From positions 32,001 to 96,000 of the IMG/VR virus record IMGVR_UViG_3300022680_000058: a stretch of 64,000 nucleotides of DNA. The stretch is one strand, 5' to 3'. Within the stretch, counting starts at the first letter, position 1, and each line of letters begins with the position of its first letter. The notes under the pieces were generated by a model. The model saw only the letters and a program-made list of their open reading frames with translations. It made no database searches and had not been told where the DNA came from. The stretch is from a virus. This document shows positions 45,143 through 54,266 of the stretch, piece by piece. The position numbers and the translations under genes are program-made.

Positions 45143-45673
45143 TCAGTTGTAGTGGACGAACAGAGAGACAACGTCTCCAGCCATGAGCGGCCCATCATCA
45201 CAACCAAGCCGAACCCTGTCAGTCTTGTCTCCCTTGAGCTCACAAGACATGAAAACGTCCCACGGACCGGAGTAGTTGAGAACAACCTCAACCCAGTCTG
45301 CCCGATGAGCAATCGTCAAAGCATACCGAATGATGCCATCCTTCTCCGGAACAACCATCACATCAGAAAACCAATCTGACGTGGTAGGGTTTTCCGACCT
45401 CCTACTGTCCAAAACCACAAATGGAAGCACCTTGATGTTCCATCCCTCTCTTTGATTCCAAATTGTGAAGAGCTTTTCGATAACACGCCTATCATCAGGT
45501 TTCGTGTATCCACGAGACCAACGAGAAACTGTTGCCAGGCTGACACAGAGTGCCTGAGCCAAAACCCTTTGAGAGACAACACCTCGGCGACCCTTCGAGC
45601 CAGTAATGCTTTTGACCATCTCACCGAGCCCCTCATTCTTCAGAATCATCATCTCCCCTCGGGTAGTCTTCAT
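45143..45673 (-). CDS. XRE-family HTH protein
   Basis: SQRVLAQALCVSLATVSRWSRGYTKP. Confidence 0.75.
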   Translation of the reverse strand: MKTTRGEMMILKNEGLGEMVKSITGSKGRRGVVSQRVLAQALCVSLATVSRWSRGYTKPDDRRVIEKLFTIWNQREGWNIKVLPFVVLDSRRSENPTTSDWFSDVMVVPEKDGIIRYALTIAHRADWVEVVLNYSGPWDVFMSCELKGDKTDRVRLGCDDGPLMAGDVVSLFVHYN

Positions 45674-46559
45674 CGTCCTGGTGCCCGAAAAACCTGTCGT
45701 AGACGCCCTGTATCCTGGCGATGTCTGTCAGGTGCAGCATATCCACACCATCCTCGATCTTGCCCTGGTGCCCGAGCGGGCCACCCTCAGCGACGACTCT
45801 CCCGAGCTCCACAATGAAATTGTCCGTTGGTCTGATCTCGGTACATGCCGGGTCAAGATTCTTGAGGCAGTATTCCAGCATGCTCCAGAGCACACGGCAC
45901 CGATCTAGACGTTCACTGGAACACTTCTTGTTCCAGTAGAACTCGGATTGCAGCGTTGTGGCATCGTCGAGTTCTGGCGAAAACACCTCACGAAGAGTAT
46001 CGATCTCTGCCTTCAGGGTATTCGCCATGTCCCAATCAGCATTCCCGTGCTCGACCCACATTCCCCACACAGCCGTGAAGAAACTCATCGTCTTCAACGG
46101 ATACGCCCCCATCAGATGAGCAGCCTCGTTACTGAAGTTCGGGTGAGCAATCATGAGCCCCATTCCGAACCCAGCCTCTGACATCAACATCACCCGAATG
46201 TGATAAGGGATGCTATCGAAGAGATATTTCACTACCTGATGGATAGCCTCTTCATCATGATATAGCGGCGAAAACACACGAAAGAAAACGACTTTCGCAT
46301 CGCTTACAGCATCTTCCGAGGGCTCCGGAATGTCCATCAACGATGCCGCCCACGCCTTCGACTCATCATACACACTCCCCTCTACCACCCTCTGTCTCTC
46401 CACCTTGGTGTCCATCAAACGACGACTGATATTCTCTCCAATTGTCTCAGCCTCCCTATCTGTGATGTCCCACTCCGAGAGTTCAGCCTTAATCAGACCC
46501 TTCATCTCCTGCTTCTCCATCTCTATCATCCTTTCTTGGCTGGGAGCATCCCGCGCCAT
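45633..46559 (-). CDS. Hypothetical protein
   Basis: About 300 aa; start uncertain. Confidence 0.6.
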   Translation of the reverse strand: MARDAPSQERMIEMEKQEMKGLIKAELSEWDITDREAETIGENISRRLMDTKVERQRVVEGSVYDESKAWAASLMDIPEPSEDAVSDAKVVFFRVFSPLYHDEEAIHQVVKYLFDSIPYHIRVMLMSEAGFGMGLMIAHPNFSNEAAHLMGAYPLKTMSFFTAVWGMWVEHGNADWDMANTLKAEIDTLREVFSPELDDATTLQSEFYWNKKCSSERLDRCRVLWSMLEYCLKNLDPACTEIRPTDNFIVELGRVVAEGGPLGHQGKIEDGVDMLHLTDIARIQGVYDRFFGHQDDEDYPRGDDDSEE

Positions 46560-47065
46560 CTGAGTTCATTTGCGAATTTCTTCGTGATCGCCGCCGCACT
46601 GTCATCATAAAGCCTTCTGTCTTGTGCGAGGCATGGTGGGACGAAGGCAGCATTCTGGGGCGGGAAGTGTGGAGAGATTCCTTCCTCAACTTTCCGACCC
46701 TTGGCCTCTTCACGTATCCCAACGGCGATCTTCTTCATCCTGGAAAACTCATCAACCAGAAGCCTTGTGTCAAAAACTCTGAATGCGAGCGCCTGGACGG
46801 CCTCTGTAGCCACGCCATTGTTATCGATGAGATCTTTACATGCCATATCGAGGAGCGTCTCAGAGAGCGGGTGAAGCGGCCTCTTGAACCCCTTTTCCTT
46901 CATGGTCTTCATCACCTTCAGGATGAGCTTGTCGACCTTCTCCCACGACTTGTCACGAGGAGAGTCACATGGCGGGATCGGCCTCATCTTCGAGACCTTC
47001 TCGACCAAACGCTCCAACATCGGCGTGAGCTTATCACCGATATCCGACATCAACTCTCCCGACAA
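46526..47065 (-). CDS. Hypothetical protein
   Basis: 179 aa coupled ORF. Confidence 0.55.
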   Translation of the reverse strand: MSGELMSDIGDKLTPMLERLVEKVSKMRPIPPCDSPRDKSWEKVDKLILKVMKTMKEKGFKRPLHPLSETLLDMACKDLIDNNGVATEAVQALAFRVFDTRLLVDEFSRMKKIAVGIREEAKGRKVEEGISPHFPPQNAAFVPPCLAQDRRLYDDSAAAITKKFANELRWRGMLPAKKG

Positions 47066-47328
47066 TCATCAACGTGAAGCCCACCACAACAAAGGCATGG
47101 CTCCGCATGAGGCAACCCGTCCCACTCGAAAACAAGCTCGAATTTGTCCAATTCATCAAAATACGTCTGTGTCCCGTCTGAATTTCTTCTTCGGAGACGA
47201 ACAGTCGCGTTTCTAGGGATGATATCCGTCGGGTTCCCAGATCCAGACATTGCTTCAATTTCACCAGCCGCCTCTGACATAGAGAAAACCTCACACCGAC
47301 CGACCAGATTCTTTTTTCCCATCGTCAA
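47050..47328 (-). CDS. Hypothetical protein
   Basis: 92 aa ORF with a C-terminal Cys cluster. Confidence 0.5.
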   Translation of the reverse strand: MTMGKKNLVGRCEVFSMSEAAGEIEAMSGSGNPTDIIPRNATVRLRRRNSDGTQTYFDELDKFELVFEWDGLPHAEPCLCCGGLHVDDCRES

Positions 47329-47333
47329 CTCTC

Positions 47334-47543
47334 CTACACGATCCCACGCTGTTGAAACTCTTCGAGAAGAGTCACATACCCAACATCATCAAACGGATCA
47401 TCAGGCCACCCCTGGGTTGGGTCTTCACCTCGACCTCGACACTCAGCACAGGCACCCCATTCCGGAATGTAGCCATAATAGATTCGGCACCCACACGACG
47501 GACACCATCGTCGATTTGGATGAACCTTTGGAGTCGACATCAA
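47334..47543 (-). CDS. Small zinc-finger protein
   Basis: CPSC..CAEC. Confidence 0.55.
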   Translation of the reverse strand: MMSTPKVHPNRRWCPSCGCRIYYGYIPEWGACAECRGRGEDPTQGWPDDPFDDVGYVTLLEEFQQRGIV

Positions 47544-48445
47544 TCGAACTCCCCAATGTGATGGCCATGCTCAGAAAGCCAGTTCCGCTGTTCTGCTGTC
47601 AATGACCCCACCTTGGTCCAATCCGAACCCCACGCCGACGAACCAGGCTCTCCGTACACACGGACCCATCCGTTGACCTGTAAAGACTCCACAGTCGACT
47701 TCAGCACATACTGAGCGTAGGCATCGTGATCTTCCGAAGAACACCCGTAAAACGTCCCATCTGGAGAAACCCACCCAGCATCAGAATCCTCTTTGATGAG
47801 TTCTGTTCCGGACCAGTCTAGCTCGTCAAAGTCATGAGCACTCACTTCTTCCAACACTTTGATCCTGCTCTGAAGAAACTGATACCCACCATGGCGATTG
47901 ACGATCTTGTCCCCCTCTTTCCTCGCCCACCAAACAAACCCATACCTCTTGTCTTCGAGTTTCAGGAACGTTTCGATATGATTTCCGCCATAGTTCGATC
48001 GGATGCGGAATATCCTCTCGTTTTCCGGGCCAACCCACCCCAGCTCCTCCTGGACATCAAGATGTCTGTATTCGCGCCCGAGGTCACCTTCGATGTTCTT
48101 CTCGAACCCGACGTACAAACATTCTTTGGCCCCGAGTTCGAAAGCTCGACGAATGGTGTGCTCCACGAAGGTTCCGTGACACGGGCGAATGAAGATCGGG
48201 AGTTGTTGGCGCCCGAAACCCCACTCTGTGCAGTCCTTCATGATGACATGCTCGGTCTGAGGTCGAATATCGAGACTCGTGACAGCCCCATGAGGCATGC
48301 ACCGTTGGAGCTCGCCAGCACCAGCCCCACAGTCAACGATGAGCCGCCCCTTGGCAATGGTCGTCACCTTCCCCATGAAGCTCCGGTCAATCTCCATGAA
48401 GATCATCTGAGTCTTTCTCGGGTCATCATTCCCAACGATACGCAT
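47540..48445 (-). CDS. SAM-dependent methyltransferase-like domain fused to a GWVSPDG domain
   Basis: Motif I IVDCGAGAG, SLD; C-terminal GWVSPDGTFY..H..GWVRV. Confidence 0.55.
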   Translation of the reverse strand: MRIVGNDDPRKTQMIFMEIDRSFMGKVTTIAKGRLIVDCGAGAGELQRCMPHGAVTSLDIRPQTEHVIMKDCTEWGFGRQQLPIFIRPCHGTFVEHTIRRAFELGAKECLYVGFEKNIEGDLGREYRHLDVQEELGWVGPENERIFRIRSNYGGNHIETFLKLEDKRYGFVWWARKEGDKIVNRHGGYQFLQSRIKVLEEVSAHDFDELDWSGTELIKEDSDAGWVSPDGTFYGCSSEDHDAYAQYVLKSTVESLQVNGWVRVYGEPGSSAWGSDWTKVGSLTAEQRNWLSEHGHHIGEFD

Positions 48446-48448
48446 GAC

Positions 48449-48856
48449 TCACTCCTCCTCCAGTAGATAGATGAACGCGCCCCCTCTGATAACGCCCTCC
48501 CTTGCGTAGTCGTACTTGGCGCGAATCCTGGCGAGCTCCATCGAGATGTGAGCAACAGCAAGGTTGGTGTCTTCGGGCTCATGGTCGCAGATGGTGTGCG
48601 AATTCGCCCCATCGGGCTCATCTCCCTCACCACACCATCGCCATCGAACGTCGCCACTTCGCGCCTTACCATTGGCGTCAGTCATTTGACAGACCCCAAC
48701 CACCACACGCTCATAGACCCTGTCGATCTTACAGTCGTAATTGAAACGAGCCACCACGAAAACGGCCCTCTTGCTCCAGTCCTGGTGAACTCTCTCCACG
48801 CCCACGACGACAGCTTTCGGCCCGATAGCCTCATACTTCATGTTGATTCCGTTCAT
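48449..48856 (-). CDS. Hypothetical protein
   Basis: 135 aa coupled ORF. Confidence 0.55.
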   Translation of the reverse strand: MNGINMKYEAIGPKAVVVGVERVHQDWSKRAVFVVARFNYDCKIDRVYERVVVGVCQMTDANGKARSGDVRWRWCGEGDEPDGANSHTICDHEPEDTNLAVAHISMELARIRAKYDYAREGVIRGGAFIYLLEEE

Positions 48857-49254
48857 GACTCATCCCCATTCGGCTCCCACCGACATTCCAGGCCCGTCCC
48901 GATTTCCGAACAATCGGAGCAGTCATCATGACCGTTGTTTCCGTCGTCTTTCCGGCAGATATCGCAGCCATGATACCCCTCGATATCGCCACAGAAACAC
49001 TTCTTTGGAGCGCATGCCTTCGGGTCCATATAGGTCCCATCGACGACGTACCTCAGAGCCAGCAACTCAGACGCCTCAGAGATAACGTGAGCAGCATCCT
49101 GAACAGCAGAATGAGCGTGAGAGATGACCTCCTTGATATCCTCCTCTTCGTACAACTCCTTCACAGACTTCGCCTGGTCGAGCAGGCGTCTCGTTGACCT
49201 CTTCAACTCTGCCTTGATAACGTTCAATGCATCCAATTCTTTTGGCGTATCCAT
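48853..49254 (-). CDS. Hypothetical protein with a Cys-rich C-terminus
   Basis: CFC..CDIC..CSDC. Confidence 0.55.
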   Translation of the reverse strand: MDTPKELDALNVIKAELKRSTRRLLDQAKSVKELYEEEDIKEVISHAHSAVQDAAHVISEASELLALRYVVDGTYMDPKACAPKKCFCGDIEGYHGCDICRKDDGNNGHDDCSDCSEIGTGLECRWEPNGDES

Positions 49255-49262
49255 AGCTCACC

Positions 49263-49646
49263 TCACGCTGCCACAGCAGCTTGTTCCTGACTCAAGAGGT
49301 CTTCTTCAGCGTTGATGCACGACGCCCTTGACTCTGGGTCCAAATCGACGTTGGACCCGTCGTGCTTGAAGAGTTCCACAAGAGCAGCAGGCAAGCTGTA
49401 AGAGATCCTTGACTGCCAGATCCACTGATCGTTGTCATCGATCTCGACAGCGAGCCAACAAGGGCCATGGGGAAGCTTGACGAGGTATCCCACCTCTTCG
49501 AGGTAGCGATTCGTCTCGCCCGTTCTCGGGTCGTACTCGACCACTGGACGGGTGACACAGACATTACGTCCGCCCATCCAGAAGAACTGAAGAAAAGGGA
49601 AAATGGTGCGGATGACGTTGACGAAACTGGACATTGGTACCTCCAC
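49263..49646 (-). CDS. Hypothetical protein
   Basis: GGAGG RBS before MSSFV; downstream of a promoter. Confidence 0.55.
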   Translation of the reverse strand: MEVPMSSFVNVIRTIFPFLQFFWMGGRNVCVTRPVVEYDPRTGETNRYLEEVGYLVKLPHGPCWLAVEIDDNDQWIWQSRISYSLPAALVELFKHDGSNVDLDPESRASCINAEEDLLSQEQAAVAA

Positions 49647-49658
49647 CTTTCACCAATC

Positions 49659-49686
49659 ATCTTATGGCATGGTTTCAGATTGTCAA
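49659..49686 (-). promoter_or_regulatory. Sigma70-type promoter
   Basis: TTGACA-16bp-TAAGAT. Confidence 0.6.
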
Positions 49687-49725
49687 GCGGTACGCTCAGA
49701 TTTCGTCAAAGTTTCTTTGGTGGGA

Positions 49726-50187
49726 TCACAAACCCCTGCTCTCATCGCTGAGAAAGCCAGCCACTGCCTCATTGGCGACATTCTCAGCGTATGCGCTGAG
49801 CTGACTCTCTCTGTTGGTATTCATCTCCATAGACACAAGATATGACACCACACTGGCGGCTCTCCACCGTTTGTTCACCCCCTGAGAGATGGACACCTCA
49901 ATGTGGATGTCCTGGTCCGGCGAAAAGTTCACTGCTTTAGAGAGTGTTCTCCAACGCTCCCTCCACCGGTCAGCAAGCTTGTCCGCCTCGATGAGATTCC
50001 GCTGGAGGGTGTTGAGCTTGCTTCTCGCCTCACGAAGCTCTTCCAAGTACGCGACAGCTATCCACGCCCTATCAGCCTTTTCGGCACTCTCCTCGCTGGC
50101 GTGAGCGCCCCTTTCGGACGCCTTGGCCATCGACTTGAAATACTCAATCACCCCCATCAAGGTTCTCGGCGTCTTCTCCTCGATCAT
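49726..50187 (-). CDS. Hypothetical protein
   Basis: Start MIEEKTPR after AGGAG. Confidence 0.55.
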   Translation of the reverse strand: MIEEKTPRTLMGVIEYFKSMAKASERGAHASEESAEKADRAWIAVAYLEELREARSKLNTLQRNLIEADKLADRWRERWRTLSKAVNFSPDQDIHIEVSISQGVNKRWRAASVVSYLVSMEMNTNRESQLSAYAENVANEAVAGFLSDESRGL

Positions 50188-50551
50188 CTTCTTCTCCTGA
50201 CCACGGGGGCTCACCCCGCTTAATGAAATCCCACTCCTCATCCGTCGGATCTCGATACATCCCGATCGCCTCGATAGTGAACTCCTCACCGTCAACATCG
50301 AAGTATTCATTCTTGACAATGAGAAACTCACCTTCCCAGATCGAGACACCCACCGGACAATCAAAGTCCTGGTCAAGTCGAAGACCCTCAACAGTCGTTC
50401 CACGTCCGCATTGATGGATCTCGCGTGTGATGCTCTCGCCCCGATACCAGAGAACGATTCCGTCGAGCTCACCATTACCCATGGCGACCACCGCCACAGA
50501 ATCACCCTTCCTCGGGACATCAATCTTCTCGAAGAGTCGCCTCGCCATCAA
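50144..50551 (-). CDS. Hypothetical acidic protein
   Basis: GVSIWEG..RDPTDEEW. Confidence 0.55.
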   Translation of the reverse strand: MMARRLFEKIDVPRKGDSVAVVAMGNGELDGIVLWYRGESITREIHQCGRGTTVEGLRLDQDFDCPVGVSIWEGEFLIVKNEYFDVDGEEFTIEAIGMYRDPTDEEWDFIKRGEPPWSGEEDDRGEDAENLDGGD

Positions 50552-50846
50552 TCGCCTCGATCTTCCTCAAACATAGCTTGCAGATTGCTCCATCACGAGT
50601 TCTTACCATCGAGAGAAGAAATCCAGAGATCATCCTCTCCAATGGTCTCGAAACGATCACGCCTTCAGGAATCCTGGAATACTCAGCCGCCGCCTCAGGC
50701 ACCGTCACTCCACACAGTGTCGTATACCCTCCACAGTCGGACGGAGAGACAGTGTCTGCGCCCACAACACCATGAGCAGCAGACCACCCTCTCTTCGTCC
50801 TCCATGAAACGAAATCGTACCCCAGCTCCTCAGCAAACGAAGTCAA
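50520..50846 (-). CDS. Hypothetical zinc-binding protein
   Basis: AH..TLCG..CKLC. Confidence 0.5.
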   Translation of the reverse strand: MTSFAEELGYDFVSWRTKRGWSAAHGVVGADTVSPSDCGGYTTLCGVTVPEAAAEYSRIPEGVIVSRPLERMISGFLLSMVRTRDGAICKLCLRKIEAIDGEATLRED

Positions 50847-51577
50847 TGAGTGACCATCTTGACGAGCTCATCATCTGACCACTCGGCGTCGAAATTCATG
50901 TCACAGAGCGCCTCGATGATGTCCTTGAGTCTCGTTTTCTTGTCGACCGGAATCTCGAAGACACGATTCCGATAACACATATCGACATCGCCGACCTTTT
51001 TCGTGCTGACCCACGCGTGAGGGCCAACATGAATATAGAGCTTGCCGTCGATGAGATCCGCACCACGATACCGAGTGTTGAACTCATCCACCCGCTTGTT
51101 GTGGCGCTCATTCATGGCTTTTTCTGCCCAGAGAAACATCTTCTTCTCCCACCCCTCGGCGAGCAGATGCTGAGGGACCCCGATCAAGACATCGAGCCAC
51201 GCGTTGGTGACCCTACACCTCCCCTGACCACCGATCTCTCTCACCATCCACGGGTCATCGCGGTCGTTCCCTGTTCCGCCATCGAATCGAGAGATCGACC
51301 ACCAATCATCGAAGAACATCCCGCCACCAAGCTTCACAACCGAACCAACAGGCGGAAGAACTTGGTCATCCCAGCAACCCCTGATCCTCAGCCACTGGGG
51401 AACGACCTTGAGATTTCTGGTTACACTCACATGCCGCGTCCCGAGGATGGTCTCCGCACTCGCGTATCTCAACTGCTCGTACTTGTACATATCGAGCCAG
51501 AGGATGATGTTCTGAAGGATCTGAGACCGCACAATGGCCAGCTTCAGGCGCCTTTCAGCACTGCCCTTTCGCGCCAT
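50843..51577 (-). CDS. Hypothetical protein
   Basis: 244 aa ORF, coupled to neighbours. Confidence 0.6.
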   Translation of the reverse strand: MARKGSAERRLKLAIVRSQILQNIILWLDMYKYEQLRYASAETILGTRHVSVTRNLKVVPQWLRIRGCWDDQVLPPVGSVVKLGGGMFFDDWWSISRFDGGTGNDRDDPWMVREIGGQGRCRVTNAWLDVLIGVPQHLLAEGWEKKMFLWAEKAMNERHNKRVDEFNTRYRGADLIDGKLYIHVGPHAWVSTKKVGDVDMCYRNRVFEIPVDKKTRLKDIIEALCDMNFDAEWSDDELVKMVTH

Positions 51578-51580
51578 GAC

Positions 51581-51844
51581 TCACGTCCTCTTCTCGGGTT
51601 CCTGTCTCGGCCTTGCCATGGCTTCGAGGAAGTCCATGAGCTGCCCACCCTTTCCCTCTTCCCGGAGCTTCAGCGCCTTGAGAGGGACCCAGTAGTCTTT
51701 CTTGCCCTTCTTCCCCCGACGACACCTGGCTTGGTCGTCCTTGATCTCATGAATGAAACCATAGACCTGATGCATGATGAGCTGTCGACCGCGACCCCCA
51801 CGATGAACCCATCCGACCTCATCACCGACTTTGAACTCAGTCAT
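51581..51844 (-). CDS. Small SH3/KOW-like protein
   Basis: FKVGDEVGW..YGFIHEI..WVPLKAL. Confidence 0.55.
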   Translation of the reverse strand: MTEFKVGDEVGWVHRGGRGRQLIMHQVYGFIHEIKDDQARCRRGKKGKKDYWVPLKALKLREEGKGGQLMDFLEAMARPRQEPEKRT

Positions 51845-52278
51845 GACTCACCCATCGGGACCATCATGAAGAGATTGTGCGCCTCAGCCTCTAGAGCTAC
51901 CCACGCCTCCAGGTTGTTGTCACGGACAGCGCTGTACTTCTCGGGACACACACGCCCGAGCACCTTGCCCCACGGGACACTGGAGAGCTTCGACGGATCG
52001 TAGCTGAGCATCTCTTTGATGGCAGCCTCGGTGATCATGAATGCCCCATCGATCATCTGGCCCTGAAGTCTCCCACACTCGGAGAGCTCCACGACCTGTT
52101 TTCCGGTCATCCGAAGTCTTTTCGCCGCCTCCACCCAGTCATAGACTGTGGTCCAATCAGACGGCTCGAACTCGACGTCCACTCGTGTGACTCTCGTCAA
52201 CTCCTCAAAGAGAGATGTCTCTCTTCTAATGGCCGTCAGAAACTTCTCCCAATACTGATCCTCTGTCATCTCCATCAC
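51841..52278 (-). CDS. Protein with an excisionase/MerR-like HTH
   Basis: EAAKRLRMTGKQVVELSECGRLQG..FMITEAAI. Confidence 0.6.
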   Translation of the reverse strand: MMEMTEDQYWEKFLTAIRRETSLFEELTRVTRVDVEFEPSDWTTVYDWVEAAKRLRMTGKQVVELSECGRLQGQMIDGAFMITEAAIKEMLSYDPSKLSSVPWGKVLGRVCPEKYSAVRDNNLEAWVALEAEAHNLFMMVPMGES

Positions 52279-52281
52279 AGC

Positions 52282-52620
52282 TCACTCCTTCTCGTCGTCT
52301 CCAATTGGACGCCAGTTCGACATCCGAGGCCTGTTGCATGTTCGACAGTATCCGGAATAGCCCTGCTCGACCCGCTCACCCCGATCTGTCTTTATGGAAT
52401 TCCCACACTCGGAACACACCCCCTTCGGAACGATGATATCGGGCTCGATGCCAGCGAACTCGAAAAGCTTGTTGAGCTCCTCCGGGGACACCTGTGGAAG
52501 TCCCATCGAGACGAAATCCCATCTCCCATCGCCTCGATAGCATGGGTATCCATCCTGACTGTCCCAACGCATCCTCTTGAGGATCGTTCCGACGAGTTCT
52601 TTCGCCTCATCCGTTTTCAT
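52282..52620 (-). CDS. Hypothetical zinc-binding protein
   Basis: CSEC..CRTC; start MKTDEAK. Confidence 0.55.
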   Translation of the reverse strand: MKTDEAKELVGTILKRMRWDSQDGYPCYRGDGRWDFVSMGLPQVSPEELNKLFEFAGIEPDIIVPKGVCSECGNSIKTDRGERVEQGYSGYCRTCNRPRMSNWRPIGDDEKE

Positions 52621-53083
52621 CGAAATCTTCCTCCTGCCCAAGCTCATAAAGCATCTGAACAAAAACCTTCCGAGGAACCGCGATCCAGTCCTGTTCAGCA
52701 GTCTCCACCGGGCGCCCGAGCTTTCGCCACATCTTCGAGGCTAAATCATCGAGCACACTCTTTCTGAATCTGATCGCAAGAAATGGATGCTTGACGAGAT
52801 CGGCAGCCTCACTCGTGATCTTGTTGAGCCACTCAGCTTTGATGCTGAGACTCTTCCCCTCAGTGGTCTTGCACTCGCCGTGGAACGAAAACGTAGCAGC
52901 ATCAACATTTGCCACATCTCCCTTGGCGTCGTATCGGCTCCCTGAACCCTTCTGTCGCCGACCACCCAGAGTCTTGGCTGTGGACTCCTCGTGGCGTCTG
53001 GGAGCCTCGTGGTTGGTCCTACGCCTATCAGCGTCGGGTCTCGTGAACCTCGACCCGATCGAAGGCCTCTTCTCGTCCCTCAC
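52607..53083 (-). CDS. Hjc-like PD-(D/E)XK nuclease / resolvase
   Basis: HE..LGGRRQKGSG..KGDV..GECKTT. Confidence 0.75.
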   Translation of the reverse strand: MRDEKRPSIGSRFTRPDADRRRTNHEAPRRHEESTAKTLGGRRQKGSGSRYDAKGDVANVDAATFSFHGECKTTEGKSLSIKAEWLNKITSEAADLVKHPFLAIRFRKSVLDDLASKMWRKLGRPVETAEQDWIAVPRKVFVQMLYELGQEEDFDENG

Positions 53084-53421
53084 TAGATCCCACCCTTGAT
53101 GAGCTCGATCAGTGCCCCCATCTCTCTCTGCCTGTCGATGAGGTCTCCGACTCTTCTGTTGGCAACGATCAGAACCTCACGAAGCCTCAACACCTCATCC
53201 ATCAAGGCGTATTCGATCAACTCCTGGCTGTCGTATTCAACACCGAGGTAGTTTCCGATCTCCACAGCCCAAAACGGAGCTGTCCCATTGGGCCATGTTC
53301 CTTTTGCTCGCAGATGGATGACGTCGTTCACATCAATTGTGTGACGAAACTTCATCACGGGGTATCCTTTTCGATACAAGTCTCGAAGGATCTCTGTCCT
53401 GCTGGTTACCGTTTCAGTCAT
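53083..53421 (-). CDS. Hypothetical protein (leaderless)
   Basis: ATG 7 nt downstream of the -10 box, no RBS. Confidence 0.6.
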   Translation of the reverse strand: MTETVTSRTEILRDLYRKGYPVMKFRHTIDVNDVIHLRAKGTWPNGTAPFWAVEIGNYLGVEYDSQELIEYALMDEVLRLREVLIVANRRVGDLIDRQREMGALIELIKGGI

Positions 53422-53427
53422 GATGTC

Positions 53428-53455
53428 ATAATATAACCTGAATAGGCTCTGTCAA
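53428..53455 (-). promoter_or_regulatory. Sigma70-type promoter
   Basis: TTGACA-16bp-TATTAT. Confidence 0.65.
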
Positions 53456-53496
53456 TCAATCAACACACACTTTCGTCCAGGTTGTATAATCGAATC

Positions 53497-53814
53497 ATGA
53501 GAGACGTCATAGAGAAGGCCGTCAGACTATTGAGGCAGGGTCACAACAGGGAGGCGCTCAGGGCTCTTGAGAGAGCTCTGGACATCACAGAGACGGCGAC
53601 ACCCATCCCAGCCCCCATCGAGAAGGCATGCCGCCCAAGTTTCTTTGTCGAGAAAGATGGGAATGGAGGACACCTGTGTATTGACGACACAGGATGGCAC
53701 ATCGAGCCGTCAGCGCTTAAGGGTCTTCCGAGCCCTCACGATGAACGGTTTGATGAACAGGTAAAGGAGGTTCTTGACCGAGGAATCGCTACCGGTCTCA
53801 TTCGCCGCCTCTAA
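53497..53814 (+). CDS. Hypothetical protein (plus strand, leaderless)
   Basis: TATAAT at 53485-53490 and ATG at 53497. Confidence 0.6.
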   Translation: MRDVIEKAVRLLRQGHNREALRALERALDITETATPIPAPIEKACRPSFFVEKDGNGGHLCIDDTGWHIEPSALKGLPSPHDERFDEQVKEVLDRGIATGLIRRL

Positions 53815-54018
53815 CCTCCAAAGACGAGCTCTCGTCAGTATCTCAAACGAAGAGACACTGAAAGCGACGAACAAGACAAAAGTAAAGCCCGCATTGACCC
53901 ACGATGGCTCGTACAACTGATTCTGAGGGACAAGCAAAAGTGCCTGCATACACACATTAAACGCAGCCAGAAACACAAGCACCTGTAGACCAATAAACTT
54001 CAGAAATAACCACCTCAT
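53710..54018 (-). CDS. Small membrane protein (2 TM)
   Basis: Two hydrophobic segments; its 3' end overlaps the convergent plus-strand gene. Confidence 0.5.
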   Translation of the reverse strand: MRWLFLKFIGLQVLVFLAAFNVCMQALLLVPQNQLYEPSWVNAGFTFVLFVAFSVSSFEILTRARLWRLEAANETGSDSSVKNLLYLFIKPFIVRARKTLKR

Positions 54019-54266
54019 GATTCGTCCTCCCCTCTATTGTTTTGGCGCCATTGACTGCATGTCTTCCAAAAAGGGAGTGGCTCCCACCCCGTCCCTCCGT
54101 AAACACAGTCAATGTACTCCCTGTATCGGCAAGTGAAACATGTCTCGTTTCGACGCCTCCGGACGATTGCTGTGATCACGACGTACAGTATTGCCGAAAT
54201 GGACACGATAATCACCGGAGCGAACATGCACCAGATCACAATGTCTTTCATCTCCATGGCCATCAC
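54015..54266 (-). CDS. Small membrane protein with a Cys cluster
   Basis: TM helix followed by RRRR, CFTC..C..C. Confidence 0.55.
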   Translation of the reverse strand: MMAMEMKDIVIWCMFAPVIIVSISAILYVVITAIVRRRRNETCFTCRYREYIDCVYGGTGWEPLPFWKTCSQWRQNNRGEDES

